Of a stretch of DNA of 46,168 nt, positions 1 through 11,347 are shown piece after piece; the stretch's first letter is position 1; each line of letters begins with the position of its first letter. This DNA is from Cyanophora paradoxa CCMP329 (lineage: Eukaryota; Plantae; Glaucophyta): NCBI GenBank assembly GCA_004431415.1, contig QPMI01000234.1, positions 1-46,168 on the forward strand, given 5' to 3'. The translations under genes were made by a program, and so were the position numbers. The notes beneath the pieces are model-generated. The model saw only the letters and a list, made by a program, of their open reading frames with translations. It made no database searches and had not been told where the DNA came from.

Positions 1-348
1 CGCGCATAGACCGGCGATCGCTTGCGCAGGAGCTGCTTCAAGTTCGTCGCACCAGCCACGCCAACGCCTGCAGTGCGTGCCCGCCTCCCGTAGCGTGCGA
101 GCTTGCTCGCATAGAGATTCTCTATTCAATTGGATCGCTAGATCTGCCCGCGCATAGAGCCTTCTCATTGCTCGGCGATCGCTTTGTGTTCGGCGCCATA
201 CCCAGCGAGTCCGACTCTAACAAGAGCTGCTGGGCCGGCGATCGCTTCTGGGTTCTCAGTTCTAACGGTCGCCGCGGGCTTGACGTCCACCGCCTTCTCA
301 TTGGCCAAGCGATCGCTGCTTTTCGGTGTCTTATGCCCGACTGCGCAG

Positions 349-3300
349 CATGTCGACCCAGGAGCACACTCTTTGGGGAGGAAGAGATGGAGTGGACCTC
401 CAGCTCATCTCCCAACCCCTTCTGGCGGGCCGCGCGGCGGGTGGTGGCCTCGTGGGCGGCCTCGGGGGCGGCTCCGGCCTTGAGCTTGTCCCGCCCTCCC
501 CCTCCCCCGGGCCCCGCCCCTCCCCCCGGCCCCGCCCTCCCCCGGGCCCGTCCTCCCCCGGGCCCGCCCCTCCCCGGGCCCGTCCCTCCCCCGGCCCCGC
601 CCCTCCCCGGGCCCGCCCTCCCCGGGCCCGCCCTCCCCCCGGGCCCGCCCCTCCCCCCGCCCCCCCCCCTCCCCCCGGCCCGCCCCTCCCCCGGCCCGCC
701 CTCCCCCGGCCCGCCCCTCCCCCGGGCCGCCTCCCCCCCCCCCCCCTCCCCCGGCCCCGCCCCTCCCCCGGGCCCGTTCCTCCCCTGGCCCGCCTCCCCC
801 CGGGCCCGCCCCCCCCGGCCTGTCCTCCCTCCCCCCGGCCGGTGCGCGGCGCGGGAGGCGGCGCGGGAGGCGGCGCGGGAGGCGGCACGGGAGGCGGCGC
901 GCGGGTGGCGCCCTGGACGGCGCAGCGGGCGGCGACGCTGGTGGCGCTGGCAGAAGGCGACAAGCACATGCACCCTTCGAGATCTGTGCGTTTCTCTGTG
1001 AAATCTGCACGCCGCCTCTTTGTCTTATCATGTTTGCAGATCTGGACCCCCAAGTGCATTATGTGGAGGACATCATCGTCGACCTGCCCCTGCCAGATGC
1101 TTGCGTGCACTGCGCAACCTGTTGTGGGCACAAAGGGAGCGTTTCGAGGCCCCAAATTTCAGAGTTGTGTTGATTGGCTTGATGAGGTGCTCTGCAGCTC
1201 AAAGAATTGATCGAATGGAATCTAAGACCAACTTCTCCAGGTGACAGAAGCGGCTCGGCAAGCTCAGGCGAACGCTTGTCGGTTGCAGTTTCGAGGTGAA
1301 CAGCAAAGAACCGGACACGGACACTGGAGGATCTCCATGCTCTGAAGCACTTCATGAGCACTGTGCGTCCTCGATCTTCTTTAGCTTGAGATTCGCCATG
1401 AGATACTGCATTTAGGTCGCACTCGAATCGCCAAGCCTTCAGCGCACCGGTCCCGACCCTCATCCAGATGCTGATATAGCTGCTGGCGACAAGGAAGATA
1501 CCTCAAGCTCTTCTCAACTCGATGAGCTCATTGATATGGACGTAAGCATCTATCTTTCTTGGCCAGTTGAAGCACGGCACTCACTGCAGGCACAGTGTGC
1601 ATTTCTGGGCCTTGGCGTGCCAGGGGCGCACGGTGAGTTTGCAGTGGATACGGACCTTCGAGCCAGGCACTACGACTGGCTAAAGGCCGGGTGACGAGCT
1701 TCTATACCAACAAGATCTACATCCGTGAGAGACGACTGCGAGAGATAGATCTGGCACGTGTCCATGCCAGCTTGCCTCGTGCTTCTTCTGCTTACTTGCT
1801 GCCCGGTCAGGTCATCTTGTCTCTGGACTTTCAGGAGGGCAAGGATGACACAAGTACTAGCGATGACAAACGATCATACGCTGTTGAATCGAAGATGTTC
1901 CTATCGCTCTGGATAGAGGTGTTCTTCTACGGGCGATCGAGCAATTCATCACTCGATTTCTACAGTACGTCCCTTCAAATCACTGCATTCTATTTTGAAA
2001 ACCGAAATGTGATGCAGCCCCTGATGATGGCGAGATCCGCTCAGCTGCTGCTGTGCTCACACAGCTTCTGGCCCTGCGGCCAGGAGACGCTGAGTTGGAC
2101 CGTGAGCCTGCACGGGCACAAGGTCTTGCAAATGCTTTCATGGAGGTGCACGATGCTTTCATGCTCTGTCTTTTCGTAACATGTTCTTAATTTTATATTA
2201 GGTCACAAACGGACAGTCTGAAATCAACCTTCTGCGTATGCAAGCGACTCTCGGGCTCAGCCAGCAAGCAATGTACCTTGGCACGAAGGAAGAAATGAAG
2301 GGCCAGTTCCGCAGTCTCGCTCAATCAGTGCACGCAGCACAGCAGCAGACACGGGAAGGCGAATCACTCCAGCTGTGGTATGCATCCGGGGGGGGGGGGG
2401 GGGGGGGGGGGGGTAAAGTTTTTTTTCTTACCAATGGCGACGCAGGCTTCATGCATGTGTGGAGCTTGCAGCAGCAGCTGCAGAGGCCGCGTTGGTGGAA
2501 GAGTTGCCACGTGGGAAAGGGCGGAAGCGCAAGGCGCAGGACGATCTCGTGTCGTACCCGGAGGTGAAGAAGCTTCTTCGGAAGTGCAACGCGTACGGAG
2601 GCAACAGGGATGTCGGTCGTGGCGGCAAGATTGCAAGCGATGTGCAGGTCCTGCAGGCTGTTCGGAAGAGCGGCAAGGAGCTTCTTCGCCTTCTTGCAGG
2701 GCCGGCAAGCAGCATATCAGTCGGCATTATCTTCTCAGACCTTGTCCGCAAATCGCGTTTTCGGCGGTGGGCGACAATTGCCAACCAGACGACGAGGAGC
2801 ACGGCAACGCAAGGCGGGCGCGAGCAGCGTGGGAGGCCGCGCGGCAAGCAGGTCAAGACCCAGGCCCGGCTCCGAACAGGCGCCAAGTCCAATGGAGGTT
2901 CGACTACCCCCCCCCCTCCAACCCCCCTCCCCTTCGCTACGCGTACCCCCCCCCCGACACGTGGAGCTGATGCGCGTACCTGCCGTTCTCCACAGGCGTG
3001 CCACGAGGCAATGGGAACCCTGCCGTTCTCCACCACGAAGCGCCGGCGAACGAGCTCTTCACCCGGCTGCGCATGAAGCCAGAGCTGGCGGTGCGTGCGA
3101 GGGGTACGAAGACGACGCCACAGAAGGGGTTACTGAACTCTAATTCCGGTGCAGGAGAAATACGGTACAGGTCGCGCAGCGGAGAACAGCTTTCAGGCTC
3201 TGAAGCAAGTGGCTGCAGTGCTGGAACAGATGGGCTCCAAGTCAGATGTTCTAACACACCGGATGCTGAATGGGGGCAACGACTCTGGAGAGGAGTACCC

Positions 3301-4428
3301 CGAGGTGGACGAACTCGGCGCGACGGCATACAGGAGAACTACACGGAAAGTCCAACAGGTACGAGCAACGGTTATCGCAAATGCTCAAGCTCACGAGAAA
3401 CTCAGCCGGACATCGATGTTGAGGCGTATGTGCCTCCGCCATACACGAGGCGAAACAAGCCTCTATGGCTAGGCACACCTGAGCGGCCTATTCCGACACC
3501 CATCCTGTCCTGCTTGTACAGACGGTCCGCGTACCCCCTTCTCTTTTCTTTCTTTTCCTTTGTTTCTTTTCCTTCTTATTTCCCTTCTCCCGCTGAACGT
3601 GCTCTGACTTGGGCGCGTCGCAGCGTGGCGAACACCGAGAACCGATACTTCAACGCGCTGAGCAATACCCTGAAGGCGAAACTGCACTGGTTCCCTGCAA
3701 TGTCACGGGAGGAAGGAGGCTCCAGATCGGTACGGGGAGCATCGCCGTGGTCGCAACCGCGATACGGGACGCGAGGGCAGCGAGCCCCGCAGCACGTGCG
3801 TACGTCGAGAAGCTGGCTCGCCTACCGCCAAACGACGGTGCACTGGAGTGCACGGCCACGCAAGGTGCCGCGCGCTGCAGCGTCTCCAGTCAAGTGCACC
3901 GGCTTGATGTACCGGGAACAACACCGGAGGCAACAATGGTTATCCTCCGGGGCTTCACAATCTCGAGTGGGACCACTGGCCGTGCGCCTCTTCCTTTTTC
4001 TACTTGTGGTTTCCTTTTTTCTGTCCATGGATATCAGTAACCACTCTTGCTGATTGCCTCGAGCTCATATATATCACGAGCAGAGTCACCATCAAGAGTC
4101 ACGCCGCTGCATTAGTGCAGGCCCTCCTTCAGCTCTCGGAGCCTGTGCATGATATGACCTTCCACACGACCGCTGGCTCCATCTTCAAGGCAAGATGCCG
4201 AGCTGACCGCGTGCTCGAGATTCTTTTCTCGCCTCGATGGGGTCGGGTGGTATGCGCCGGGCACCACCAGCGCAGCCAATGGACTGCGCACCATTTGTTG
4301 CGGTTGCGAAAGAATGGTTCCGCAAGCCGCTAGTGGCCGAGGAGGATCGGTTTGCTGACCCAGGTAGACTAGATGAGCTAGTGGAGCGGTGCAAGCAGTT
4401 TGTAGGGCCGCAGTTGAACTTCCAGTGA
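349..4428 (+). CDS. Multi-exon ~1000-aa protein of unknown function, copy A (5' exons would lie upstream; apparent frameshifts are probably sequencing errors)
   Basis: Same exon chain as copy B; TGA at 4426-4428. Confidence 0.65.
490..840 (+). repeat. C-rich ~18-bp minisatellite (GGCCCCGCCCCTCCCCCG-like), copy A
   Basis: Degenerate tandem units; may encode GPAPPP repeats or be intronic. Confidence 0.85.
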
Positions 4429-4851
4429 GCGTAGAGTTCTTGAGCGCCTTGCAATTTTGTGGAGCAAGTCAAATTTCGTCGATGTACCCCAGAGCCTTCG
4501 CTTTTAAGCCACCGAGCCCCAAGTTTAGGGGGGAATGAGTCGGGGGGGTACCCGACCTTCGAAAGTGAGGCGCGCGACGTCGACGCAAAGCTCGCGCAAA
4601 GCTCGCGCATAGCGCTTCGCAGCGCGCGCGCCGTGCTCAGCCCCGCGGCGCCACGCCCGCCCCGCAGGCGACTTCGCCGCGCCCGCGCACGCGAGGAGTA
4701 CACATCGCTCGCTTCATCGGCTCACCCGCGGCGCCGGCGGCGCGCTAGCTACACGCTTTCGCTTGTCCGAGGTTCACATCATCGAATTCTGCAGCCGTCG
4801 CCCCTTCCTCGGCCGCTGTAAGGCGGCGCGCAGGGATTCGATCTCTCAACC

Positions 4852-7800
4852 ATGGCGTCGCCCGGCGGGCCCAGCGCAAGCAGCTCTGAGTCAGTAGGTA
4901 CGTCCCGGAACCGCCCCTCGGACCTGCCTGGGCGCGCTTTCTTCCGATCCTTCTAAAAAGCGTGTTTTCGGAGCGAAATTTTGGCACTATGTTCACTATG
5001 CCCGCCGGCCGTGGGCTCGGATCTGGCCGGGGCCTTTTTCAAGCGATCGCCGGCGCCGCGTCCGTCGTCCGACGGTTCGCGCTGGCGATCGCCCCGGAGT
5101 ACTCGGTACCAGGGCCTAGCGATCGCCGGAGCGATGAGAAGGCTCTCTGAGAGTCTGACCGGCGATCGCTTGCGCAGGAGCTGCTTCAAGTTCGTCGCAC
5201 CAGCCAACGCCAACGCCTGCAGTGCGTGCCCGCCTCCCGTAGCGCTGCGAGCTTGCTCGCATAGAGATTCTCTATTCAATTGGATCGCTAGATCTGCCCC
5301 GCGCATAGACCGGCGATCGCTTGCGCAGGAGCTGCTTCAAGTTCGTCGCACCAGCCAACGCCAACGCCTGCAGTGCGTGCCCGCCTCCCGTAGCGCTGCG
5401 AGCTTGCTCGCATAGAGATTCTCTATTCAATTGGATCGCTAGATCTGCCCCGCGCATAGAGCCTTCTCATTGCTCGGCGATCGCTTTGTGTTCGGCGCCA
5501 TACCCAGCGAGTCCGACCTCTAACAAAGAGCTGCTGGGCCGGCGATCGCTTCTGGGTTCTCAGTTCTAACGGTCGCCGCGGGCTTGACGTCCACCGCCTT
5601 CTCATTGGCCAAGCGATCGCTGCTTTTCGGTGTCTTATGCCCGACTGCGCAGCATGTCGACCCCAGGAGCACACTCTTTGGGGAGGAAGAGATGGAGTGG
5701 ACCTCCAGCTCATCTCCCAACCCCTTCTGGCGGGCCGCGCGGCGGGTGGTGGCCTCGTGGGCGGCCTCGGGGGCGGCTCCGGCCTTGAGCTTGTCCCCGC
5801 CCTCCCCCTCCCCGGGCCCCGCCCCTCCCCGGCCCCGCCCTCCCCCGGGCCCGTCCCTCCCCCGGGCCCGCCCCTCCCCCGGGCCCGTCCCTCCCCCGGC
5901 CCCGCCCCTCCCCCCGGGCCCGCCCCTCCCCCGGGCCCGCCCCTCCCCCGGGCCCGCCCCTCCCCCCGCCCCCCCCCCTCCCCCCGGCCCCGCCCCTCCC
6001 CCGGCCCGCCCCTCCCCCCGGGCCCGCCCCTCCCCCCGGCCCGCCCTCCCCCCGCCCCCCCCCCTCCCCCCGGCCCCGCCCTCCCCCGGGCCCGTCCCTC
6101 CCCCGGCCCCGCCCCTCCCCCGGGCCCGCCCCCCCCCCGGCCCTGTCCCTCCCCTCCCCCGGCCCGGTGCGCGGCGCGGGAGGCGGCGCGGGAGGCGGCG
6201 CGGGAGGCGGCACGGGAGGCGGCGCGGCGGGTGGCGCCCTGGACGGCGCAGCGGGCGGCGACGCTGGTGGCGCTGGCAGAAGGCGACAAGCACATGCACC
6301 CTTCGAGATCTGTGCGTTTCTCTGTGAAATCTGCACGCCGCCTCTTTGTCTTATCATGTTTGCAGATCTGGACCCCCAAGTGCATTATGTGGAGGACATC
6401 ATCGTCGACCTGCCCCCTGCCAGATGCTTGCGTGCACTGCGCAACCTGTTTGTGGGCACAAAGGGAGCGTTTCGAGGCCCCAAATTTCAGAGTTGTGTTG
6501 ATTGGCTTGATGAGGTGCTCTGCAGCTCAAAGAATTGATCGAATGGAATCTAAGACCAACTTCTCCAGGTGACAGAAGCGGCTCGGCAAGCTCAGGCGAA
6601 CGCTTGTCGGTTGCAGTTTCGAGGTGAACCAGCAAAGAACCGGACACGGACACTGGAGGATCTCCATGCTCTGAAGCACTTCATGAGCACTGTGCGTCCT
6701 CGATCTTCTTTAGCTTGAGATTCGCCATGAGATACTGCATTTAGGTCGCACTCGAATCGCCAAGCCTTCAGCGCACCGGTCCCGACCCTCATCCAGATGC
6801 TGATATAGCTGCTGGCGACAAGGAAGATACCTCAAGCTCTTCTCAACTCGATGAGCTCATTGATATGGACGTAAGCATCTATCTTTCTTGGCCAGTTGAA
6901 GCACGGCACTCACTGCAGGCACAGTGTGCATTTCTGGGCCTTGGCGTGCCAGGGGCGCACGGTGAGTTTGCAGTGGATACGGACCTTCGAGCCAGGCACT
7001 ACGACTGGCTAAAGGCCCGGGTGACGAGCTTCTATACCAACAAGATCTACATCCGTGAGAGACGACTGCGAGAGATAGATCTGGCACGTGTCCATGCCAG
7101 CTTGCCTCGTGCTTCTTCTGCTTACTTGCTGCCCGGTCAGGTCATCTTGTCTCTGGACTTTCAGGAGGGCAAGGATGACACAAGTACTAGCGATGACAAA
7201 CGATCATACGCTGTTGAATCGAAGATGTTCCTATCGCTCTGGATAGAGGTGTTCTTCTACGGGCGATCGAGCAATTCATCACTCGATTTCTACAGTACGT
7301 CCCCTTCAAATCACTGCATTCTATTTTGAAAACCGAAATGTGATGCAGCCCCTGATGATGGCGAGATCCGCTCAGCTGCTGCTGTGCTCACACAGCTTCT
7401 GGCCCTGCGGCCAGGAGACGCTGAGTTGGACCGTGAGCCTGCACGGGCACAAGGTCTTGCAAATGCTTTCATGGAGGTGCACGATGCTTTCATGCTCTGT
7501 CTTTTCGTAACATGTTCTTAATTTTATATTAGGTCACAAACGGACAGTCTGAAATCAACCTTCTGCGTATGCAAGCGACTCTCGGGCTCAGCCAGCAAGC
7601 AATGTACCTTGGCACGAAGGAAGAAATGAAGGGCCAGTTCCGCAGTCTCGCTCAATCAGTGCACGCAGCACAGCAGCAGACACGGGAAGGCGAATCACTC
7701 CAGCTGTGGTATGCATCCGGGGGGGGGGGGGGGGGGGGGGGGGGTAAAGTTTTTTTTCTTACCAATGGCGACGCAGGCTTCATGCATGTGTGGAGCTTGC

Positions 7801-9763
7801 AGCAGCAGCTGCAGAGGCCGCGTTGGTGGAAGAGTTGCCACGTGGGAAAGGGCGGAAGCGCAAGGCGCAGGACGATCTCGTGTCGTACCCGGAGGTGAAG
7901 AAGCTTCTTCGGAAGTGCAACGCGTACGGAGGCAACAGGGATGTCGGTCGTGGCGGCAAGATTGCAAGCGATGTGCAGGTCCTGCAGGCTGTTCGGAAGA
8001 GCGGCAAGGAGCTTCTTCGCCTTCTTGCAGGGCCGGCAAGCAGCATATCAGTCGGCATTATCTTCTCAGACCTTGTCCGCAAATCGCGTTTTCGGCGGTG
8101 GGCGACAATTGCCAACCAGACGACGAGGAGCACGGCAACGCAAGGCGGGCGCGAGCAGCGTGGGAGGCCGCGCGGCAAGCAGGTCAAGACCCAGGCCCGG
8201 CTCCCGAACAGGCGCCAAGTCCAATGGAGGTTCGACTACCCCCCCCCTCCAACCCCCCTCCCCCTTCGCTACGCGTACCCCCCCCCGACACGTGGAGCTG
8301 ATGCGCGTACCCTGCCGTTCTCCACAGGCGTGCCACGAGGCAATGGGAAACCCTGCCGTTCTCCACCACGAAGCGCCGGCGAACGAGCTCTTCACCCGGC
8401 TGCGCATGAAGCCAGAGCTGGCGGTGCGTGCGAGGGGTACGAAGACGACGCCACAGAAGGGGTTACTGAACTCTAATTCCGGTGCAGGAGAAATACGGTA
8501 CAGGTCGCGCAGCGGAGAACAGCTTTCAGGCTCTGAAGCAAGTGGCTGCAGTGCTGGAACAGATGGGCTCCAAGTCAGATGTTCTAACACACCGGATGCT
8601 GAATGGGGGCAACGACTCTGGAGAGGAGTACCCGAGGTGGACGAACTCGGCGCGACGGCATACAGGAGAACTACACGGAAAGTCCAACAGGTACGAGCAA
8701 CGGTTATCGCAAATGCTCAAGCTCACGAGAAACTCAGCCGGACATCGATGTTGAGGCGTATGTGCCTCCGCCATACACGAGGCGAAACAAGCCTCTATGG
8801 CTAGGCACACCTGAGCGGCCTATTCCGACACCCATCCTGTCCTGCTTGTACAGACGGTCCGCGTACCCCCCTTCTCTTTTCTTTCTTTTCCTTTGTTTCT
8901 TTTCCTTCTTATTTCCCTTCTCCCGCTGAACGTGCTCTGACTTGGGCGCGTCGCAGCGTGGCGAACACCGAGAACCGATACTTCAACGCGCTGAGCAATA
9001 CCCTGAAGGCGAAACTGCACTGGTTCCCTGCAATGTCACGGGAGGAAGGAGGCTCCAGATCGGTACGGGGGAGCATCGCCGTGGTCGCAACCGCGATACG
9101 GGACGCGAGGGCAGCGAGCCCCGCAGCACGTGCGTACGTCGAGAAGCTGGCTCGCCTACCGCCAAACGACGGTGCACTGGAGTGCACGGCCACGCAAGGT
9201 GCCGCGCGCTGCAGCGTCTCCAGTCAAGTGCACCGGCTTGATGTACCGGGAACAACACCGGAGGCAACAATGGTTATCCTCCGGGGCTTCACCAATCTCG
9301 AGTGGGACCACTGGCCGTGCGCCTCTTCCTTTTTCTACTTGTGGTTTCCTTTTTCTGTCCATGGATATCAGTAACCACTCTTGCTGATTGCCTCGAGCTC
9401 ATATATATCACGAGCAGAGTCACCATCAAGAGTCACGCCGCTGCATTAGTGCAGGCCCTCCTTCAGCTCTCGGAGCCTGTGCATGATATGACCTTCCACA
9501 CGACCGCTGGCTCCATCTTCAAGGCAAGATGCCGAGCTGACCGCGTGCTCGAGATTCTTTTCTCGCCTCGATGGGGTCGGGTGGTATGCGCCGGGCACCA
9601 CCAGCGCAGCCCAATGGACTGCGCACCATTTGTTGCGGTTGCGAAAGAATGGTTCCGCAAGCCGCTAGTGGCCGAGGAGGATCGGTTTGCTGACCCAGGT
9701 AGACTAGATGAGCTAGTGGAGCGGTGCAAGCAGTTTGTAGGGCCGCAGTTGAACTTCCAGTGA
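4852..9763 (+). CDS. Multi-exon ~1000-aa protein of unknown function, copy B (Pro/Gly-rich N-terminus, basic NLS-like GKGRKRK)
   Basis: GT-AG introns join in frame: ...HAPFEIY|LDPQVHYVEDII...DWLDE|VTEAARQ...HFMST|VALESP...IDMD|AQCAFL...LPGQVILSLDFQEG...DFY|TPDDGE...AFME|VTNGQS...|LHACVEL...GKGRKRK...|...SPME|ACHEAM...PELA|EKYGTG...KVQQ|PDIDVE...|VANTEN...|VTIKSH...GPQLNFQ*. The proposed exon 1 (4852-4897) and exon 2 (5178-5221) are less certain than the body (5653-9763). Confidence 0.65.
5157..5458 (+). repeat. 151-bp direct tandem duplication in the spacer between IR-R and IR-L
   Basis: 5157-5307 = 5308-5458; another copy at 9-156. Each holds one GCGATCGC, an acceptor (TTGCGCAG), a donor (GTGCGT) and two adjacent hairpins (TGCGAGC-TT-GCTCGCA; ATAGAG-ATT-CTCTAT). 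Confidence 0.95.
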
Positions 9764-10479
9764 GCGTAGAGTTCTTGAGCGCCTTGCAATTTTGTGGAGC
9801 AAGTCAAATTTCGTCGATGTACCCCAGAGCCTTCGCTTTTAAGCCACCGAGCCCCAAGTTTAGGGGGGAATGAGTCGGGGGGTACCCCGACCTTCGAAAG
9901 TGAGGCGCGCGACGTCGACGCAAAGCTCGCGCAAAGCTCGCGCATAGCGCTTCGCAGCGCGCGCGCCGTGCTCAGCCCCGCGGCGCCACGCCCGCCCCGC
10001 AGGCGACTTCGCCGCGCCCGCGCACGCGAGGAGTACACATCGCTCGCTTCATCGGCTCACCCGCGGCGCCGGCGGCGCGCTAGCTACACGCTTTCGCTTG
10101 TCCGAGGTTCACATCATCGAATTCTGCAGCCGTCGCCCCTTCCTCGGCCGCTGTAAGGCGGCGCGCAGGGATTCGATCTCTCAACCATGGCGTCGCCCGG
10201 CGGGCCCAGCGCAAGCAGCTCTGAGTCAGTAGGTACGTCCCGGAACCGCCCCTCGGACCTGCCTGGGCGCGCTTTCTTCCGATCCTTCTAAAAGCGTGTT
10301 TTCGGAGCGAAATTTTGGCACTATGTTCACTATGCCCGCCGGCCGTGGGCTCGGATCTGGCCGGGGCCTTTTTCAAGCGATCGCCGGCGCCGCGTCCGTC
10401 GTCCGACGGTTCGCGCTGGCGATCGCCCCGGAGTACTCGGTACCAGGGCCTAGCGATCGCCGGAGCGATGAGAAGGCTC
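5459..10479 (+). mobile_element. Inverted-repeat-bounded ~5 kb element, copy B
   Basis: IR-L 5459-5485 and IR-R 10452-10479. The array ends exactly at the outer edge of IR-R, as expected of a real mobile end. Confidence 0.65.
5795..6165 (+). repeat. C-rich ~18-bp minisatellite, copy B
   Basis: Same as 490-840, slightly longer. Confidence 0.85.
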
Positions 10480-11347
10480 ATGGTATCATAGTATGTCCGA
10501 CGCTCGTGCACGGTGCACCGTGCACGTGGCCGCCGCTGGCCGCCGTGGCCGGCCGGTCCGGGCCGGACTTTCGATTGCTGAGTCAACCGTTGAACGTTAA
10601 CGTTAACGTTCCGGGCCGAGATCTACTAGTAGTCTCATCGAGAGTCTAGACTCTGATCTGAGAGCGGCGTCGCCGCGCGTCCGACGGTCCCTGCGGGGCC
10701 AGTGCGGCCCTGTGCGGGTCGGGTCGGCCCGGCGCCGGGCCGGCGGGCATGCGCATCGAAGGCCGGGCTTCGAAGCTACATAAGGCTACGGAGGCCTTCG
10801 ATGCCTCAAAGCTTTTCCGGGCGGCCTGCACGACTCAGCAGCCGCTGAGCCCGAGGCCCTGAGCCGGCCTCTTGCAATTGTCAGCAGCAAAACCCAAACC
10901 AGGTGCTTTGACGCTGTTTGGGCAGCTTGGTTGAGCAGTGCAGCCTTCGTTCCGGTATTGCGCCGGTATACACAGCGATATCCGAGCAAGTACCAAGCTG
11001 CTGGCCCAGTGGTGCTGTTGCGGCAGCCTGCGAGTTCGAGCACTGCAGAAAGCATTAAGCAGTACTTGTGTAAAGATTCTTCAACACGCCGTGACACACT
11101 CGACACGTAGAACTTCGGCAGCACTATCCTATATATACATACGCGTATGTGCGTAACACAGTGAGACAGCTGCAGCTGCAGTCCAGCAGCCGGAAGCAGC
11201 CTGCCGCGAGGCTGTGCGCGCGCGCAATGCGCCGAGGTGCTTGAAATCTTATAATATAAAAGCTTAGGTTGCAATTGCGCGAAGGCGCGCGCGCGTTTCA
11301 TGCACAAGGCCAGTACTACTCTTTAGTGCATTGCAGTACTTCTATCT

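Larger units (their letters stand above)
157..5145 (+). mobile_element. Inverted-repeat-bounded ~5 kb element, copy A (superfamily unknown)
   Basis: Left GAGCCTTCTCATTGCTCGGCGATCGCT (157-183) is the imperfect reverse complement of right AGCGATCGCCGGAGCGATGAGAAGGCTC (5118-5145). Three GCGATCGC motifs cluster at each end. No target-site duplication (TSD) and no recognisable transposase motif. Confidence 0.6.
1..10479 (+). repeat. Head-to-tail tandem array of a ~5.33 kb unit (two copies visible, probably continuing left of the window)
   Basis: 1..~5145 recurs at ~5300..10479 (e.g. ORF 2238 vs 7569, 4459 vs 9794). The differences I saw are almost all single-base homopolymer indels plus minisatellite length. 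Similarity stops abruptly after 10479. Confidence 0.97.

Noticed and set aside
950-980. EGDKHMH as an HUH endonuclease motif
   Set aside because: It lies in a frame that does not join the best downstream exon chain in the cleaner copy B; no catalytic Tyr motif identified.
2388-2413. Poly-G run as a functional element
   Set aside because: Sits inside an ordinary GT-AG intron; length unreliable.
175-5625. GCGATCGC clusters as cyanobacterial HIP1 / horizontally acquired DNA
   Set aside because: The element has spliceosomal introns and the octamer also occurs in palindrome-rich host DNA; better read as subterminal motifs.
7126-7170. LPGQVILSLDFQEG as the first Asp of a Sola-like DDE transposase (GAG termini would fit)
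   Set aside because: I could not find the expected later catalytic motifs; left unassigned pending profile search.
349-9763. Calling the array genes pseudogenes because of frameshifts
   Set aside because: Indels are mostly in homopolymers and differ between copies, typical of long-read consensus error.
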